A DNA stretch of 64,000 bases from Puccinia triticina. Its lineage: Eukaryota. The DNA lies in contig CP110439.1 in assembly GCA_026914245.1 (NCBI GenBank), forward strand, positions 3,286,001 to 3,350,000, read 5' to 3'. Each line of letters begins with the position of its first letter. Position 1 is the stretch's first letter. The notes under the pieces are model-generated. The model saw only the letters and a list, made by a program, of their open reading frames with translations, was not told the origin of the DNA and ran no database searches. The position numbers and the translations under genes are program-made. Shown here piece by piece: positions 37,310-50,282 of this stretch.

Positions 37310-38575
37310 CATGAATCCCCCAAATCCAAGCGGTCACCAATCAGTGGCTCCAACCAATCATCCTGGTGAGTGCTACATTGGGTTCTGCATTGGTGCATGT
37401 GGTGAGATTCTGATGAGGTGTTGGATTATGTTTCATAATATGTTGACCTCAGGTTTTGAGGCAAATTTAGATCCTGATGGCAGATACCTATACAGATGTG
37501 TGATATGTAAATCAAAATGGGCCAAGGAGAGCAACATTCCATTACACCTTCAAACCAGAACACATATGAACAATTGGAAGGAACTCCAGAGTTTCCAAAA
37601 TGCAATGGCTCAATCAAATTCTCAAGCACAGGGTTCTACCTCTGCACTCCCTCACACTTGGGACCAGGTGCCTGCAGTGCCCCAAGTTGAATTTCATCAT
37701 GAAGATATTGCTTTCCCTCATATGGGAGCAGCAGAGCCTCATATTGTGGATGTAGACATGAATGACAGTGATGCTTTTGGTTTTGGATCAAGCAAACAAG
37801 GCGAAGTCATGGGTGGTGAACAAGGCATGCTTCAGTGGGTGTAAGGACTCCGTTTGAGTCCTTCACTGGTCGTCGTTGAGGGGCACGAAAGACAAGGCAA
37901 AAGCCTAAGAAACCGTCTAGTACCAACGTAGGGGCTGTATTGCAGGTATCTAGCCGGGAGAGAGTGAAGCTCTCTCATATGTAAGTACAACTAGATCATA
38001 AGGGATTGAGAAGAATGAAAGATAGCTTACCTAGCCGGGAGAGAGTGAAGCTCTCTGCTGGACTAGGGAAGTAGCAGGAGGAGACTAAGTACTCTTGTAG
38101 CTTATGTAATACTTGTGATAGCTCTTGTGAAAGGTTATTGTGAGACTCCAGGGATGGGGGCTTACAGTGGGTTCATGATGCACTGATGGCTGGTTTGATG
38201 GAAGATGAAGTGTTATCCCCTGGTCACGATGAGGATGAGGATGAAAAATCAGATGCAACAATGGAAAATTTGAATTGGTTTCCCTTCAGGTCCAAGGGTG
38301 TGAGTAGTTGATTTACCCTTTAAAGTTGAAGTATGAATCCTGGCTGATCGGACCAAGCCATGACTACCATACAAACTCCCAGCATCTGGTCTCAGCACTC
38401 ATGCTAGGCCATCTGCACAATTGCTTATCCCGCACCATGTATCACCAGTTGCGGGCCATGCTACTTGTGTGTGGCATGAAGTTGCCCCATTGGGACAGCA
38501 TCAAACAAAACCGGGATTTGATCCGGAAGACTGTAGATGTGAAAATCAACAAGCATGTCTCCATATTTTATAATA
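37310..38575 (+). pseudogene. 5' fragment of a probable large DNA-transposon transposase gene (C2H2-like finger; CMC/EnSpm-Plavaka-like assignment tentative)
   Basis: YRCVICKSKWAKESNIPLHLQTRTH, an acidic linker, NWFPFRSK and LSRTMYHQLRAMLLVCGMKLPHWDSIK. Interrupted by a solo LTR and truncated by a MITE-like block. Strongly CpG-depleted. Confidence 0.45.
37840..38166. mobile_element. Solo LTR, 327 bp
   Basis: TGTAAG...CTTACA termini. 5-bp TSD GTGGG (37835-37839 / 38167-38171). Internal repeat CTAGCCGGGAGAGAGTGAAGCTCTCT occurs twice. Confidence 0.92.
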
Positions 38576-39140
38576 GAGAATGTCAAAACGGACCCAGGTA
38601 TAATTTACACCGCCGGTACCCACGTGTTTTTTTCCAAAAACAGGCACCCGGCACCGCATCCGGCACCGCCTGGCGGGTACCAGCGGTCTTTTAGGCGGGT
38701 ACCAGCGGTACCCGCCAGATTTCTTTCATCAAAAAGGTCACCAAGAGGTGTCCTTGATGACCGGAATGGACGCGTCATCAAGAGGTTCTCCCCTCGATGA
38801 CCGCAACAGGTTGGTCATTGAGGGGAGGACCTCTCAATGACCAGAAAAGCAATGACCGACCTGTTCCGGTCTCATTGAGGGTGCTCCCCCAACAACCAGC
38901 ACACACTTGTCATCGAGGGGAGTGACAACTCCCCTCAATGTTTGCACCAGGGACCATCCTCGATGACCGGTCCTGGCCAATGACCGGTCTATTGTCAGTC
39001 ATTGAGGGCAGCTCAGAGCGGGCCAAGGGCCGGGGGTTACCCGATTAACCCGGTGGGGGAAAGCGGTACTTAGGGGCGGTACCCAGGTACCGCACCGCTT
39101 TTTCCAAAAAAACGGGCACCCGGCACCGCCTGGCGGGTAA
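38574..39140. mobile_element. Degenerate hAT-like MITE with GGTACC/GGCACC subterminal motifs and GATGACCGG cargo
   Basis: Starts TAGAGAATGTC (similar to the TIR at 46959), with direct repeats TTTTCCAAAAA..GGCACCCGGCACCGC. Right TIR and TSD not found. Confidence 0.45.
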
Positions 39141-39565
39141 GGTTTTCACCGGAGTTTCTCCGGCAACTCCGGCGGATATCCCAGATATTTGCCGGATTGA
39201 GTTTCCACTTGATTATTCCTTGAATTATTTCCCAAATATTGGGATAAAAATCAAGGAGTATTTGAAATCCCAACAAGTGGGGCCACTTTGAATTTTTTTC
39301 AATAATTTTCCGTCACTTTGAACGGCGTTCGGAAAAGATGCAAGGAAGTGCGTCCGTGGTGTAGGGTTTGGGCGCAAATCAATCCCTCACCTGATATCGT
39401 GCAGACAGGGTGGGCGGGAGGAGTCAGAGCAACCCTGATGATCTGAGGGGGGAAGTGTTGCAGCTATGAGCTTGAGACTTCATCTGCAGGGGGACTCTGT
39501 AGAGACTGTACAATGAAGATGTGTCTGGTGAGAGTCGAACTCACGACCTCAGCTATGCTGAGACA

Positions 39566-42500
39566 TAGGGATGATAATCGGGCGGGCCGGCCGGCCGGCG
39601 GCCCGAACCCGCCCCGGGTTCGGGTCGGGTTCGGGCGACGCCTTGCGAGAAAAAATCAATGTCGGCCCGACCCGGCAGACCCGCCACTGTATCCGGGCCG
39701 GGGCGGGCGGCCCGTCGGGTCCCGCCGGGCCACCCCCGAATAGGCCGGGGGCAGGGACCCAAGCGGATATCGTGTGCACTGTGAGTCTCACATGATACAG
39801 CTAGCGCCACCGATCCCCTGCCACCCACCACCATCCAGCCACCACTGCCGTCGAATCCCACACCACCGTCGAATCCCCCACCATCCAGCCACCACCACTG
39901 TCGAATCCCCCCCACCGCCATCCTCCTCAGCCCCACACCCCTCCCCACCGCCCCCCATAGCCAAAGAGCAGTGCACGACTGCAACAGTGCACGACTGAAC
40001 CAAAAAAATACACACCCCACCACTCCCCCCACCGCCGTCGCATCCACCACCGCCGTCGCATCCACCACCGCCGTCGAATCCACCCGTTCAACCACCACCC
40101 CCAAATCTATCAGATATCCGCTTGCCAACTACGAACCGGAACACCTATCGACTCTCGTCTATCAACTTTTGGCGTCAACCCTTGACTACATGGCTGAATC
40201 GACTGGCGAGGAAAGCGACATTCCAGTCTCTTCCACTGGACCGAATATGCAACCAAATCGATCTGGTGATGACCCGCCTCCGACTCCACTGCCAGCAGAT
40301 ACCCAGAGCGAATCACAAGAAGAGATCAGCGGCAGCCAATCGAAGAGGCGAAAACTCACGAGTGGTGTGTGGGAGCACTTCTCCAAGTTCATAGGTGAGT
40401 TATTATCTTTCTGCTTTCCTGAATCTTCCCATATTTCCTGCTCTAGCCATTCCAATATTATACTAACATTCTTAATTTCTTTGGTATGGGCATCATTTTC
40501 TAGACACAGATGGCAAGGAGAAGGCCAAGTGCAATTACTGCGAAGTGAAGCTTGTAGGCGCCTCGTCCGCTGGAACCAACCATCTCCATCGACACTCAAA
40601 GAAATGTCTCGTTGAGAAAGGCGGTGTCATGGTGAAACAAGGTCTTTTGAACTTTAGCTCGTCGATCAAATCTGCCGGCCACACCGTCTGGATATACAAT
40701 CAAGATTGATCTCGCAAACGAATGGCAGAAATGGTAATTCAACATGAATACCCCTTTGCAATGGCTGAGCACGAAGGCTTTGTCAATTTCATGAAAGAAA
40801 CTCAGCCTCAATTCAAGATGCCCGGACGCCAGACTCTGCGAAACGATTGCATCAAATTGTTCAACGAACAAAAAGCAACCTTTATTGCTCTCATCGCAAA
40901 GGACGCCGAGCATGTTGCACTCACAACCAATCTATGGACGGCCTCCGATCTCACTGGATATATGGTGATCACGGCCCACTATATCAGCGCACAATGGAGC
41001 CTTGAGAAGTTAATCATCAGTTTCCGACCACTTCCGCCTCCGCACTCCGGCCCTGCTATTTCCGACCAACTCAGTCAAGTACTACGTGATTGGAAGCTTA
41101 TCAACAAGCTAGCTTTTGTCACAGTTGAAAACGCAGCCTCAAACACAGCAGCCCTCGTTAGACTTCGACAATATGTGGATGATCGCTCTGCTACTCCGGG
41201 CGGTGCAACCTTGTGTTATTTCCATGTGCGCTGCTTAGCCCACATCATCAACCTCATCGTCAAGGATGGGCTCAAATTCTCCGGTTCAGCTGTTGATCAA
41301 CTACGCAACAGTGTTCATTACATCCACGGATCACCAAGCCGCATGGATGCCTTTGAAAAGGCGCTCACTGCAGTTGACATCGAACTCGACAAGAAACGAC
41401 CTTGTAAGGACGTTCCGACGCGGTGGAACTCCACTTACCTAATGATTGAGTCTTCCTTACCCTACAAGCTAGCCTTCAAGGAACTAGCGATCCAAGACGA
41501 TAAGTATGACTACTGCCCGACCGAGGCTCAATGGGAGGAACTGGCTTCAATGGAAAACTTCCTTGAGCCATTTTATCAAGGTTGGTGTTTATTTTTCTTC
41601 TCAATTTTGTTTATTGGACCATTTTGGACCGAGTCACTTATATCGGTCTTGTTTTAGCAATGGTTTTGTTGAGTGGCACCCAATATCCAACCATCAATTA
41701 TGGATATCGAGCGATGTCGGCCGTTGAACATCAACTAAACCATTATGCGGCCCATCCAAGCGATCTCGTGAACCTCAAAGACATGATCAAGCCGATGAAG
41801 GCCAAATTTGAAAAGTATTGGGAACCATCAAAGGAACTCCTGGCCGTTGGTCTTATTCTTGACCCCCGTTTTAAGATGCGATACCTCCGCTTTCATCTCG
41901 AGCAGCACACTGCGCCCAACCAGGACATCAATGAATTTGTCGGAAATGTGCGATCAACCGTCTTTCAACTATGGAACCTGTATGCTCCAGCTTCATCATC
42001 TGCCGCTGAGCCAACCGCCAATCAAAATCAAACAAGGCCAACAAAGGCAATCAACAAGGACTTGACTGCCTTCCATCAGTACATGGCTGGAACCGTTGAA
42101 GCTTCGCCGAATGCACCTGCGGCTGAGTTGGATTTTTACCTCGAAGAACGAAATGTGATCCTCTCCGACGATTCTGATTCCGAGTTCGACCTGCTTGGCT
42201 GGTGGAAAATGAATTCACCTCGATTCCCATCACTATCGAAGATTGCCAGGACAGTGCTCATGGTCCCAACAACATCAGTAGCCTCTGAGTCGGCTTTCTC
42301 TACAGGCGGGCAAGTTCTTGATGATGATCGAATGCGCCTGAATGAAGATTCTGTCGAGGCATTGATCTGCTCTCAAGACTGGATCAAGGCTGCCAAGCGG
42401 GCAGCCTTGCAGTGATTTTTCATGTTATTTCCCTCGTCATTACTAAATTTATACACGCAAATTATTTTTTCACTGCTCCTCCCTGGGAATCAAGTAGAAA

Positions 42501-42741
42501 CAATTTTGAAGGCTATTTATCCTAAATTCTTATTTTTATTTTTATTTTTCTGGCTCCTTATGGTTTTTGGGCGGGGCCCGCCGGCGGCCCGCGGGCTGTC
42601 CATGGGCAGCCCGAGTCATAAACGGGTTCGGGTTTGGACATCATTTGAATGAGGCTGGCCCGGCCCGGCCCGTCCATCAAGTTCCCGGGCTGCGTCGGGC
42701 CAGCCCGCGGGCGGCCCGAGCCCGCCCGATTACCATCCCTA
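39566..42741 (+). mobile_element. hAT DNA transposon, full length, 3176 bp
   Basis: 22-bp TIR TAGGGATG(A/G)TAATCGGGCGGGC. 8-bp TSD CTGAGACA (39558-39565 / 42742-42749). GC-rich CCCG subterminal repeats. Confidence 0.96.
40190..42415 (+). pseudogene. hAT transposase, inactivated
   Basis: BED finger (VWEHF..AKCNYC..GTNHLHRH), HVRCLAHIINL, TRWNSTY and SVASESAFSTGG. In-frame TGA at 40707-40709. Catalytic Asp positions read TTNLWT and TVENAASN. Confidence 0.88.
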
Positions 42742-43082
42742 CTGAGACACATACTAGAGTGCTGCCTTTACCAACTAGGCTACAGACGCTTGTGGCTGCC
42801 AGCTGGGTGGTTGGTTGGTAGTGCTCATGGGTCGATCCAACAGCCCTCCATACTGTGGTGATACATCATGGTAGCAGACTAACAGACAACTCAACAGACT
42901 CAAGCTTACACCCGTGTTGGGAGTTACGATTACCAAGGGAATAACTCTATTCATCTCATCAGTTAGAGTTATGCAATCTTGTACAAGTGTCTACTAGCTA
43001 CTGCGGCTGCGCCCCCTGTTGTATGTAGTTTACTCAGCTTGTCGGCACCGGTCCCGCTCTTTCCTCACCAAGAGTTGGACCA

Positions 43083-43208
43083 ATACCAACCAATCCTGAG
43101 CTGATCCGGCGACGTGTTTCTTGTTGTCAGGTGAGTAATCAATACCAAGAGTTGGATTGATACCAAGCAATCCTGAGCTGATCCGGCGACATGTTTCTTG
43201 TTGTCAGA
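43083..43208. repeat. Direct repeat of ~47 bp (CAATCCTGAGCTGATCCGGCGAC.TGTTTCTTGTTGTCAG) x2
   Basis: Direct reading. Probably part of a degenerate TE. Confidence 0.75.
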
Positions 43209-44225
43209 CTCACAGAGAGTATCAGTTCTTATACACCGCGGGACAAGTGGGGCGTCAAATTGGCGGCAACCGTGGCGCCAACCCCGCATGGGAAACTACG
43301 CCTCAATGGCGCGCTGTGACAATACCCTCCACAGGCGCTCGCTATACACCCATGTGGCGAGTGGGGTGATGCCCCACATGCGTCACATAAGTCAAACAAC
43401 CAGGGGGAGAGGATTGACGCCTGTCAGTGTGGGAAAAAGAATTATCTGACTGCTTGCAGGGGTCAAACACGCGGCTCGGCCGCGCATGATCAGCTCAAAC
43501 TTAGCAAGTTCCTCAAGACTTCGGGGCTGAACTTGCGAAGTAAGCCTCCGTCAGGAGGGACTTAGACCCTAGCGCCCCAAGTTCGAGTAGCAAGAATGGA
43601 ATTTTGGGGTACTTTTGTTTTTTTTCTATAGCTCACCTCTCACACCCACTCCCATGTGATTAGCTCAAGGTCAGCAGAAGATGCTGGAGAGAAGAGTAGA
43701 AATTATTCTATCTCCATTGATCCCCTCTACGTTTTATTGTGGACAGAACTGTGGAACTGAGGTTCTGAGCACAGACCTTTTCCATGTAAAATCCACAGAT
43801 TCAGTGTTTTTGATGTTTTTTTTTTGGAGTGGAGGGAATGGATTGAGATGCCTCAAATTATCCAGGTTGGACGGGCAAAAGCCAGTCTTCAACCATAACA
43901 AATTTCTCTCAAGAAGGTTTTGGAAGCAAGGAATTATACACTTTTGAAAATTCCTCCCACCAAAATCTAGAATCTTGCCCCCGCAAAAAGGGGCAATAAT
44001 GCACAAGTCCCTCCTGCTGAGGGCTGTTGGAGGCTTGCTTTTCAAGACACACACCTGCAGCAGCAAGGGACTTGGTTAAGTTTGTGCTCAGCTCGAACTT
44101 AACTAAGTCCCTCAAGACTTTGGGCCCCCGGGGGGTAGGCTGAACTTGCAAACTAGCTTCCGTCGGGAGGGACTTACACCATACCTCCCCACATTGGCAC
44201 AGCAAGAATGCCACTATGATTCCAG

Positions 44226-44627
44226 CAACGGTGGGCCAGCTATGCTAACCATAGCATTAGCGTAGCCAAATTCCGCTAACTTTTAGCGTAGCATTAGCGG
44301 AATTACACCATCTTCGCGCTAACGCTACGCGCACAGGGTGCGCAGCTAATTTAGCTGTTAGCGCAGATGCAAGAAATTGCGCTAACACTACACACAGAAG
44401 GTTCCAAAGAGTGCGCGCTACGCTGTGCTACAGCACTTTTAGCGGAAAAGGTCTGTTTTTCCGCTAAAAGCGCTGTAGCGCAGCTTAGCGACTGTAGCGG
44501 CGCGCTAACACTAACAAGGAATTGGCGCGCTGTTAGCGCAGCGTAGCGGCGCTAACAGCGCTTTAACACTATTCAAAATTGGCGGGCGCTTTTTGCCGCT
44601 ACGCTAACGCGTAGTGGCCCACCGTTG
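44226..44627. mobile_element. MITE, 402 bp, CAAC...GTTG termini, ~7-bp TSD (P-like)
   Basis: TIR CAACGGTGGGCCA / TGGCCCACCGTTG. Flanks ATTCCAG / ATTCCAT. The interior is made of GCTAAC/TAGCG microrepeats. Confidence 0.8.
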
Positions 44628-44894
44628 ATTCCATTTATGTTCACAGCTGGTGAACAATTTTGGTCTTGTAGGGCTGATAGCATCCTCTGAGAGAAAGCTA
44701 CACAAAAAACAACCACCCATTGTGCACACAAGCTGCAAGGTGCAGCGGTCAAGTTGCACACTGCTTGTAATTCCAGCTGTTTGGGGATTTTTGTGGAGTT
44801 TCTGCGGGTGGCATGATTTTTGCCAAACACCTGAAATTATGTAGGTTGGATTGGAAAAATCAGGCCTACACCCTAAGCTATTTTATTCCAAAGA

Positions 44895-45910
44895 ATGTCA
44901 AGGGGGCAAGGAATTATAGAGCTTCAAAAATTCCACCCAGCCAAACTCAGATTCTTGGCACGCCATGAAGAAGGGGCAATAGCGTGCAAGTCCCTCCTGC
45001 CAAGGGCTCTCAAAGGCTTGCTTTGCAAGACACACACCCGCAGCAGAGGTACTTTGTTCAGTTTGTGCTCAGCTGCACTCTGTACTGACTGCCACTGCGG
45101 GCATCTTGAGCAGCAACATCTGACGGTTCAGTGGAGATTCAAACCCTGTGCAACAAGTATTGCAGCAACACTTGTCCGGCTGATGGACAGCCGGCCACCA
45201 AGGTATGTACACACACCACACCTCTTGATGGCTGGCACAAGGACCGGCTGTCAGGAGGTGTCCACACTCACTTTATGGCCAGCACAAGGACTGGCCATTG
45301 AGAGAAGTCCTTGTACCGGCCATTGAGTGTATTCCACACTCCTCTCAATGAACAGCATAATGACTGGTCATTGGGAGGAGGAGTTCACACTCCTCTTGAT
45401 GACCAGCACAAGGACCGGTCATTGGGAGGAGGAGTCCTTACTCCTCTCAATGCCAACACAGACTGGTTTCAAGAGGACTGCATGCGCCTCAATGCCCGCT
45501 CTGCACAGTCCACTGAGGGAAGTATGTTTGTACTCCTCCCAATGAGCAAGCCTTGGGCCAGCCATTGAGAGGAGTGTGTACTCCTCTTGATGACCGGCCG
45601 TTGTGCCGGCCATCAAGAGGTGCCTGTACTCCTCTTGACGCCAGTGTGTGCTGGCATCAAGAGGAGTGAGGCCTCCTCCAGATGACTGTTCCATGAGCTG
45701 GTCACCGAGAGGAGTGAGAGGAGTTTGTAATATTCTCAATGGCTGGCACATGGACCTGTCATCAAGAGGTTGTTATGTGCTGCGGTGGCCGGCTGTCCAA
45801 AGGCAAATCAGCCGGCCAAATGTTGCTGCAGCTGACACTGCATATTCTGATATGCAGCGTCATGATGCCGCTTCAGGCCATAGCGACAGCAAGATGCCCG
45901 CAGTTTGCAC
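44895..45910. repeat. Dispersed repeat family copy containing GATGACCGG-type units; inverted homologue at ~60560-61860
   Basis: For example, 45700-45900 is the reverse complement of 60560-60790, and 45080-45660 of 61255-61850. The 5' part also resembles 43925-44100. Confidence 0.8.
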
Positions 45911-46197
45911 TACTGCGGTTTCAGCTGACATTTGGCGGGAAACATGGGTCTTCAATGTCCCTCAATCTTCTCCTCCTCCAGAGGGATGTGTGAACAGAGG
46001 CTTGGGATCCATGCTGACTCTTTCAAACAAACCAAGAAGGTAGTTGGAGGCAATGTGATGTGTTCATGTGGTACGTGTGCTCCTCCATCGCACTCTAACC
46101 ACACGTGCTCATGAGAAAAATAAGGACTTCGACGTAAAACTGATTGCTAGGACCGTTAAGTCGCGAAGTTATTGTACAACATAACTAATCCTACCGG

Positions 46198-46398
46198 CAA
46201 CACTGAAACAAATAAAATACATGGAGTGTATCTGGTAAATGTTTTATTGAAGATGGAGACCTACATGTCCTATTTTTTGTTTTCAGCCATCCTATACATA
46301 ATAAGGGCTAAAAACAAAAAATAGGACTTGTAGGTCTGCATCTTCAATGAAAAACGTTTACCAGATACGCTCCATGTATTTTATTTGTTTCAGCGTTG
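46198..46398. mobile_element. Fold-back MITE, 201 bp, ~90-bp arms, CAAC...GTTG termini, 7-bp TSD
   Basis: CAACACTGAAACAAATAAAATACATGGAG... / ...CTCCATGTATTTTATTTGTTTCAGCGTTG. Flanks CTACCGG on both sides. Confidence 0.88.
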
Positions 46399-46958
46399 CT
46401 ACCGGCATGGAGAACCTCCTTGGCGTAGTCGGCAGGGGCACAGCTTGCAACCCTCAACTGCAAACGGGGGTTCACACCCCTCCCTTGTCTTTTTGTCTGC
46501 TGCTTTCAAGCCATACCCCCCAATTGGAGTATGTACCAGCCTGGGCGCCCCATGGAAGTCCAGCAAGCGCCTATGGACAGTATTGTCATAGCGCGCGCCA
46601 GAGACTTATGCGTCCTCTGGGAAGTCACAGCCTTTCAGGATTTGCCCCGCTGTACAGCCTCTCTGGAGGTGTTGCGGAGGCAACACTCTTGTAGAGAGGC
46701 TTGTGTGTGAACTTGGGTTGCGGGGCTGACAGGATTTGCCAATCACCCCAATTACCCCTTTAAAATAGACATAAGGAAATCAATGCACCCAGTCCACAAT
46801 TCCAATAGATGTATTCCATCTTTGCGCTGATGCGCATCTTGTGAGATATGTAGCTTTTCCAGAAGTTGTAAACTTGATTTTCTGGTGACAAAAGAAAACA
46901 TCTTTGATTTGCTCTTTTTTTACAATGGAATGCCTGATTGCACTTTGTGCCATTGGAC

Positions 46959-47454
46959 TAGAGATGTCACTGGGTACCCCGTACCCGCCTTCAGTCACGG
47001 GTACCCGCCCACGGGTGCAGGTATCCTGAATCCTGGGTTTTTAATGCGGGTACCCGGGTACCCACACAGGTACCCGCCCCAAATTTCCCCTCAATGACCG
47101 GAAAGAGGGGACTGGAGCCCAATCACCGGTCTGTTGGTCAAGAGGGCTGTCCAGTACTTGAGGGGACTGCATCTGTACAGTCATCAAGGAGACTGCAGCC
47201 CTCTCGATGAATGTTCTGTCCGGTCATCAAGTGGACAAAGCCCTCTCAATGACTGGTCTGTCCAGTCATCAAGGGGACAGAGCCCTTTTGATGACCGGTC
47301 TGTCCGGTCATTGAGAGGGATGGCTGCAGGTACCCCCGGGTACCTGCCTTTCGCATCCGGGTACCGGGTGCGGGTGCGGGTGTCCAGAATCCTGGAAATT
47401 TGAGGCAGGTACCGGGGTACCCAACGGGTACCCAGGTGCAAAGTGACATCTCTA
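46959..47454. mobile_element. hAT MITE, 496 bp
   Basis: 13-bp TIR TAGAGATGTCACT / AGTGACATCTCTA. 8-bp TSD CATTGGAC. GGGTACCC subterminal motifs and central GATGACCGG units. Confidence 0.93.
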
Positions 47455-48667
47455 CATTGGACTGTTGAGCCTATTAAACCCATAGCTCATTTCACGTGAG
47501 GGCCAATATATGCACCTCTGTGAGTCTTGACTGGCAGTTGGTAAGCTCCTTGGGAGAGTTTTTGATCACACTTGTTTAGTCAGAACTCTAATAAACAGAC
47601 AGAAAAGCAAGCCAATAGAACAAGTTGAACAGACGCCAAAAAGATGCCTAGAGTACCAATCAAAGTGCTAACAAGGGCATCTTCAAGTTCTTCATCAAGT
47701 TCCTCCTCAAGATATTTGAGTGCCGCTCCAATGTCTCCCAAAAGTCTAGCTAAGAAATTCTTCAAGAATCAAGCTGTCCGAGACAGTAGGATCAAGTTCA
47801 TGGTGCACTGTACTGCCAAACCACCTGGGGGTTCAGGCAGGGTGTTGGCCTCACCCCAACCACCTGCACCCAGGTGGTACTTTTCAGGTGCCAGCCTTAC
47901 CTTGTTCTCTGCCTACAAGGGGGGTGAACTGTGAGGTACTGTGTGGCTGTGTGAGCAAACTTAACAAAAGGCCCAGCCTCTGTGCAGGCATGCAGTGTTT
48001 GGCTAGTCCCAAAGCAACCCCAACCAGAGGGAGGGCCTTGCATACTAAAACACTTTTATTGCGTGAGCTGATTCCAAGGTTTGCCTAGCCTTGTTTGCAT
48101 CACCACACTCTCAACACTCAACATAATCTTTCTAGGTTTTGATACATCATACTTTTACATGGTCTTGATTTGTACATATTTTTTTATTGTAAAATCTGGG
48201 TTGTATCCAGTGAATCTTTTTTATCCAAGTTCAAGATTTTGAACTTTAATTTGGCTTGCCCCATAAGGCAAGGACCGTGCGTAGTCATACTACTTGCTGT
48301 CAAGTTTGAAACATGAAGGGGGGAGAATACTACATGCAATAAAATAATACTGAAAAATCAAGCAGATAACCTGTCAGAAAAACCAAAAAAGAAAAAAGAG
48401 TGGAATAGAAACCAGGAGAGAAATAATGGTGTGTATATCAAGTCCGGCTCACACGAGCTTTGTGCTTTTGCGCGTAAGCCTGTCTGGTCAGACTGGGCTG
48501 CCACCCAGAGACGCTCACCACAAGTGTTAAGCTCACTGTGTGAGGCAGCGTGAAGCAGGGGTTCAACTACTCAATAGCCTCTGCAATTTGCTCGACCTGG
48601 CTAGAGTAGTTGAAAAGGTGTTGATAAAGGTGAACCGCATGAAAAACTGTGATGAGTGAAAATTAAT

Positions 48668-49689
<1,022 letters not shown>

Positions 49690-50282
49690 TGTCAGCTTGG
49701 ATTTTTCTATCATCGTGTGATTGTAGCGCTGGAGCCTGCGGGGTACCGAGCTTCATCAAGCCTCTCTGGAGGAGAGCCCCGCAGGGTCTCTGTCTCAGAC
49801 GCGAAGCGCGAGGGGCGCCCGAACAGTCAGTCCCTGTTCTGCCTCGCGCGGCCGCAAGCCTCCGCAGGTGGGACTTGGGTGAACTTAACACAAGCCCCGC
49901 CGTCTGCGGGGCAGTCACTCGCGCGAGCCGCGAGCGACCCTCCGAAGGAGGGACTTGTATCTACACCACGGGTTCATTTTTTGAGATGCAGTGCGCTGGC
50001 TCGACTGCGGGGTCTGAACAGGGTGGACTTGAGTCTGCTTTACCTGTCTGCCCTTTATCTGACGGCGGAGGTTGGTCGAGGGCAGCAATGGGTCAGATGT
50101 ACAGTGGGTCATCTAATGTTTTTGGCACCACATTTTTCAATGCAGAAGATCAGGCCACAGCCTTTAAGTCATGAGATTGGCTACAGGGGTGAAAAATAAG
50201 TTCCTAAGAATGATTATGAAATAAAAAAAAGTAAAAATAAAAAAATGTAAAATGAGGAAATTTCTTAATCCAAGTTTATTTA

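Larger units (their letters stand above)
39498..42896. mobile_element. tRNA-containing solo-LTR-like element (copy 2, inverted), split by a hAT insertion into 39498-39565 and 42742-42896
   Basis: The reverse complement matches 36408-36622 with 5 differences. Own 5-bp TSD GACTC (39493-39497 / 42897-42901). Confidence 0.92.

Noticed and set aside
36408..42896. One large element with 215-bp TIRs
   Set aside because: Each inverted copy has its own distinct 5-bp TSD on both sides, so they are independent insertions.
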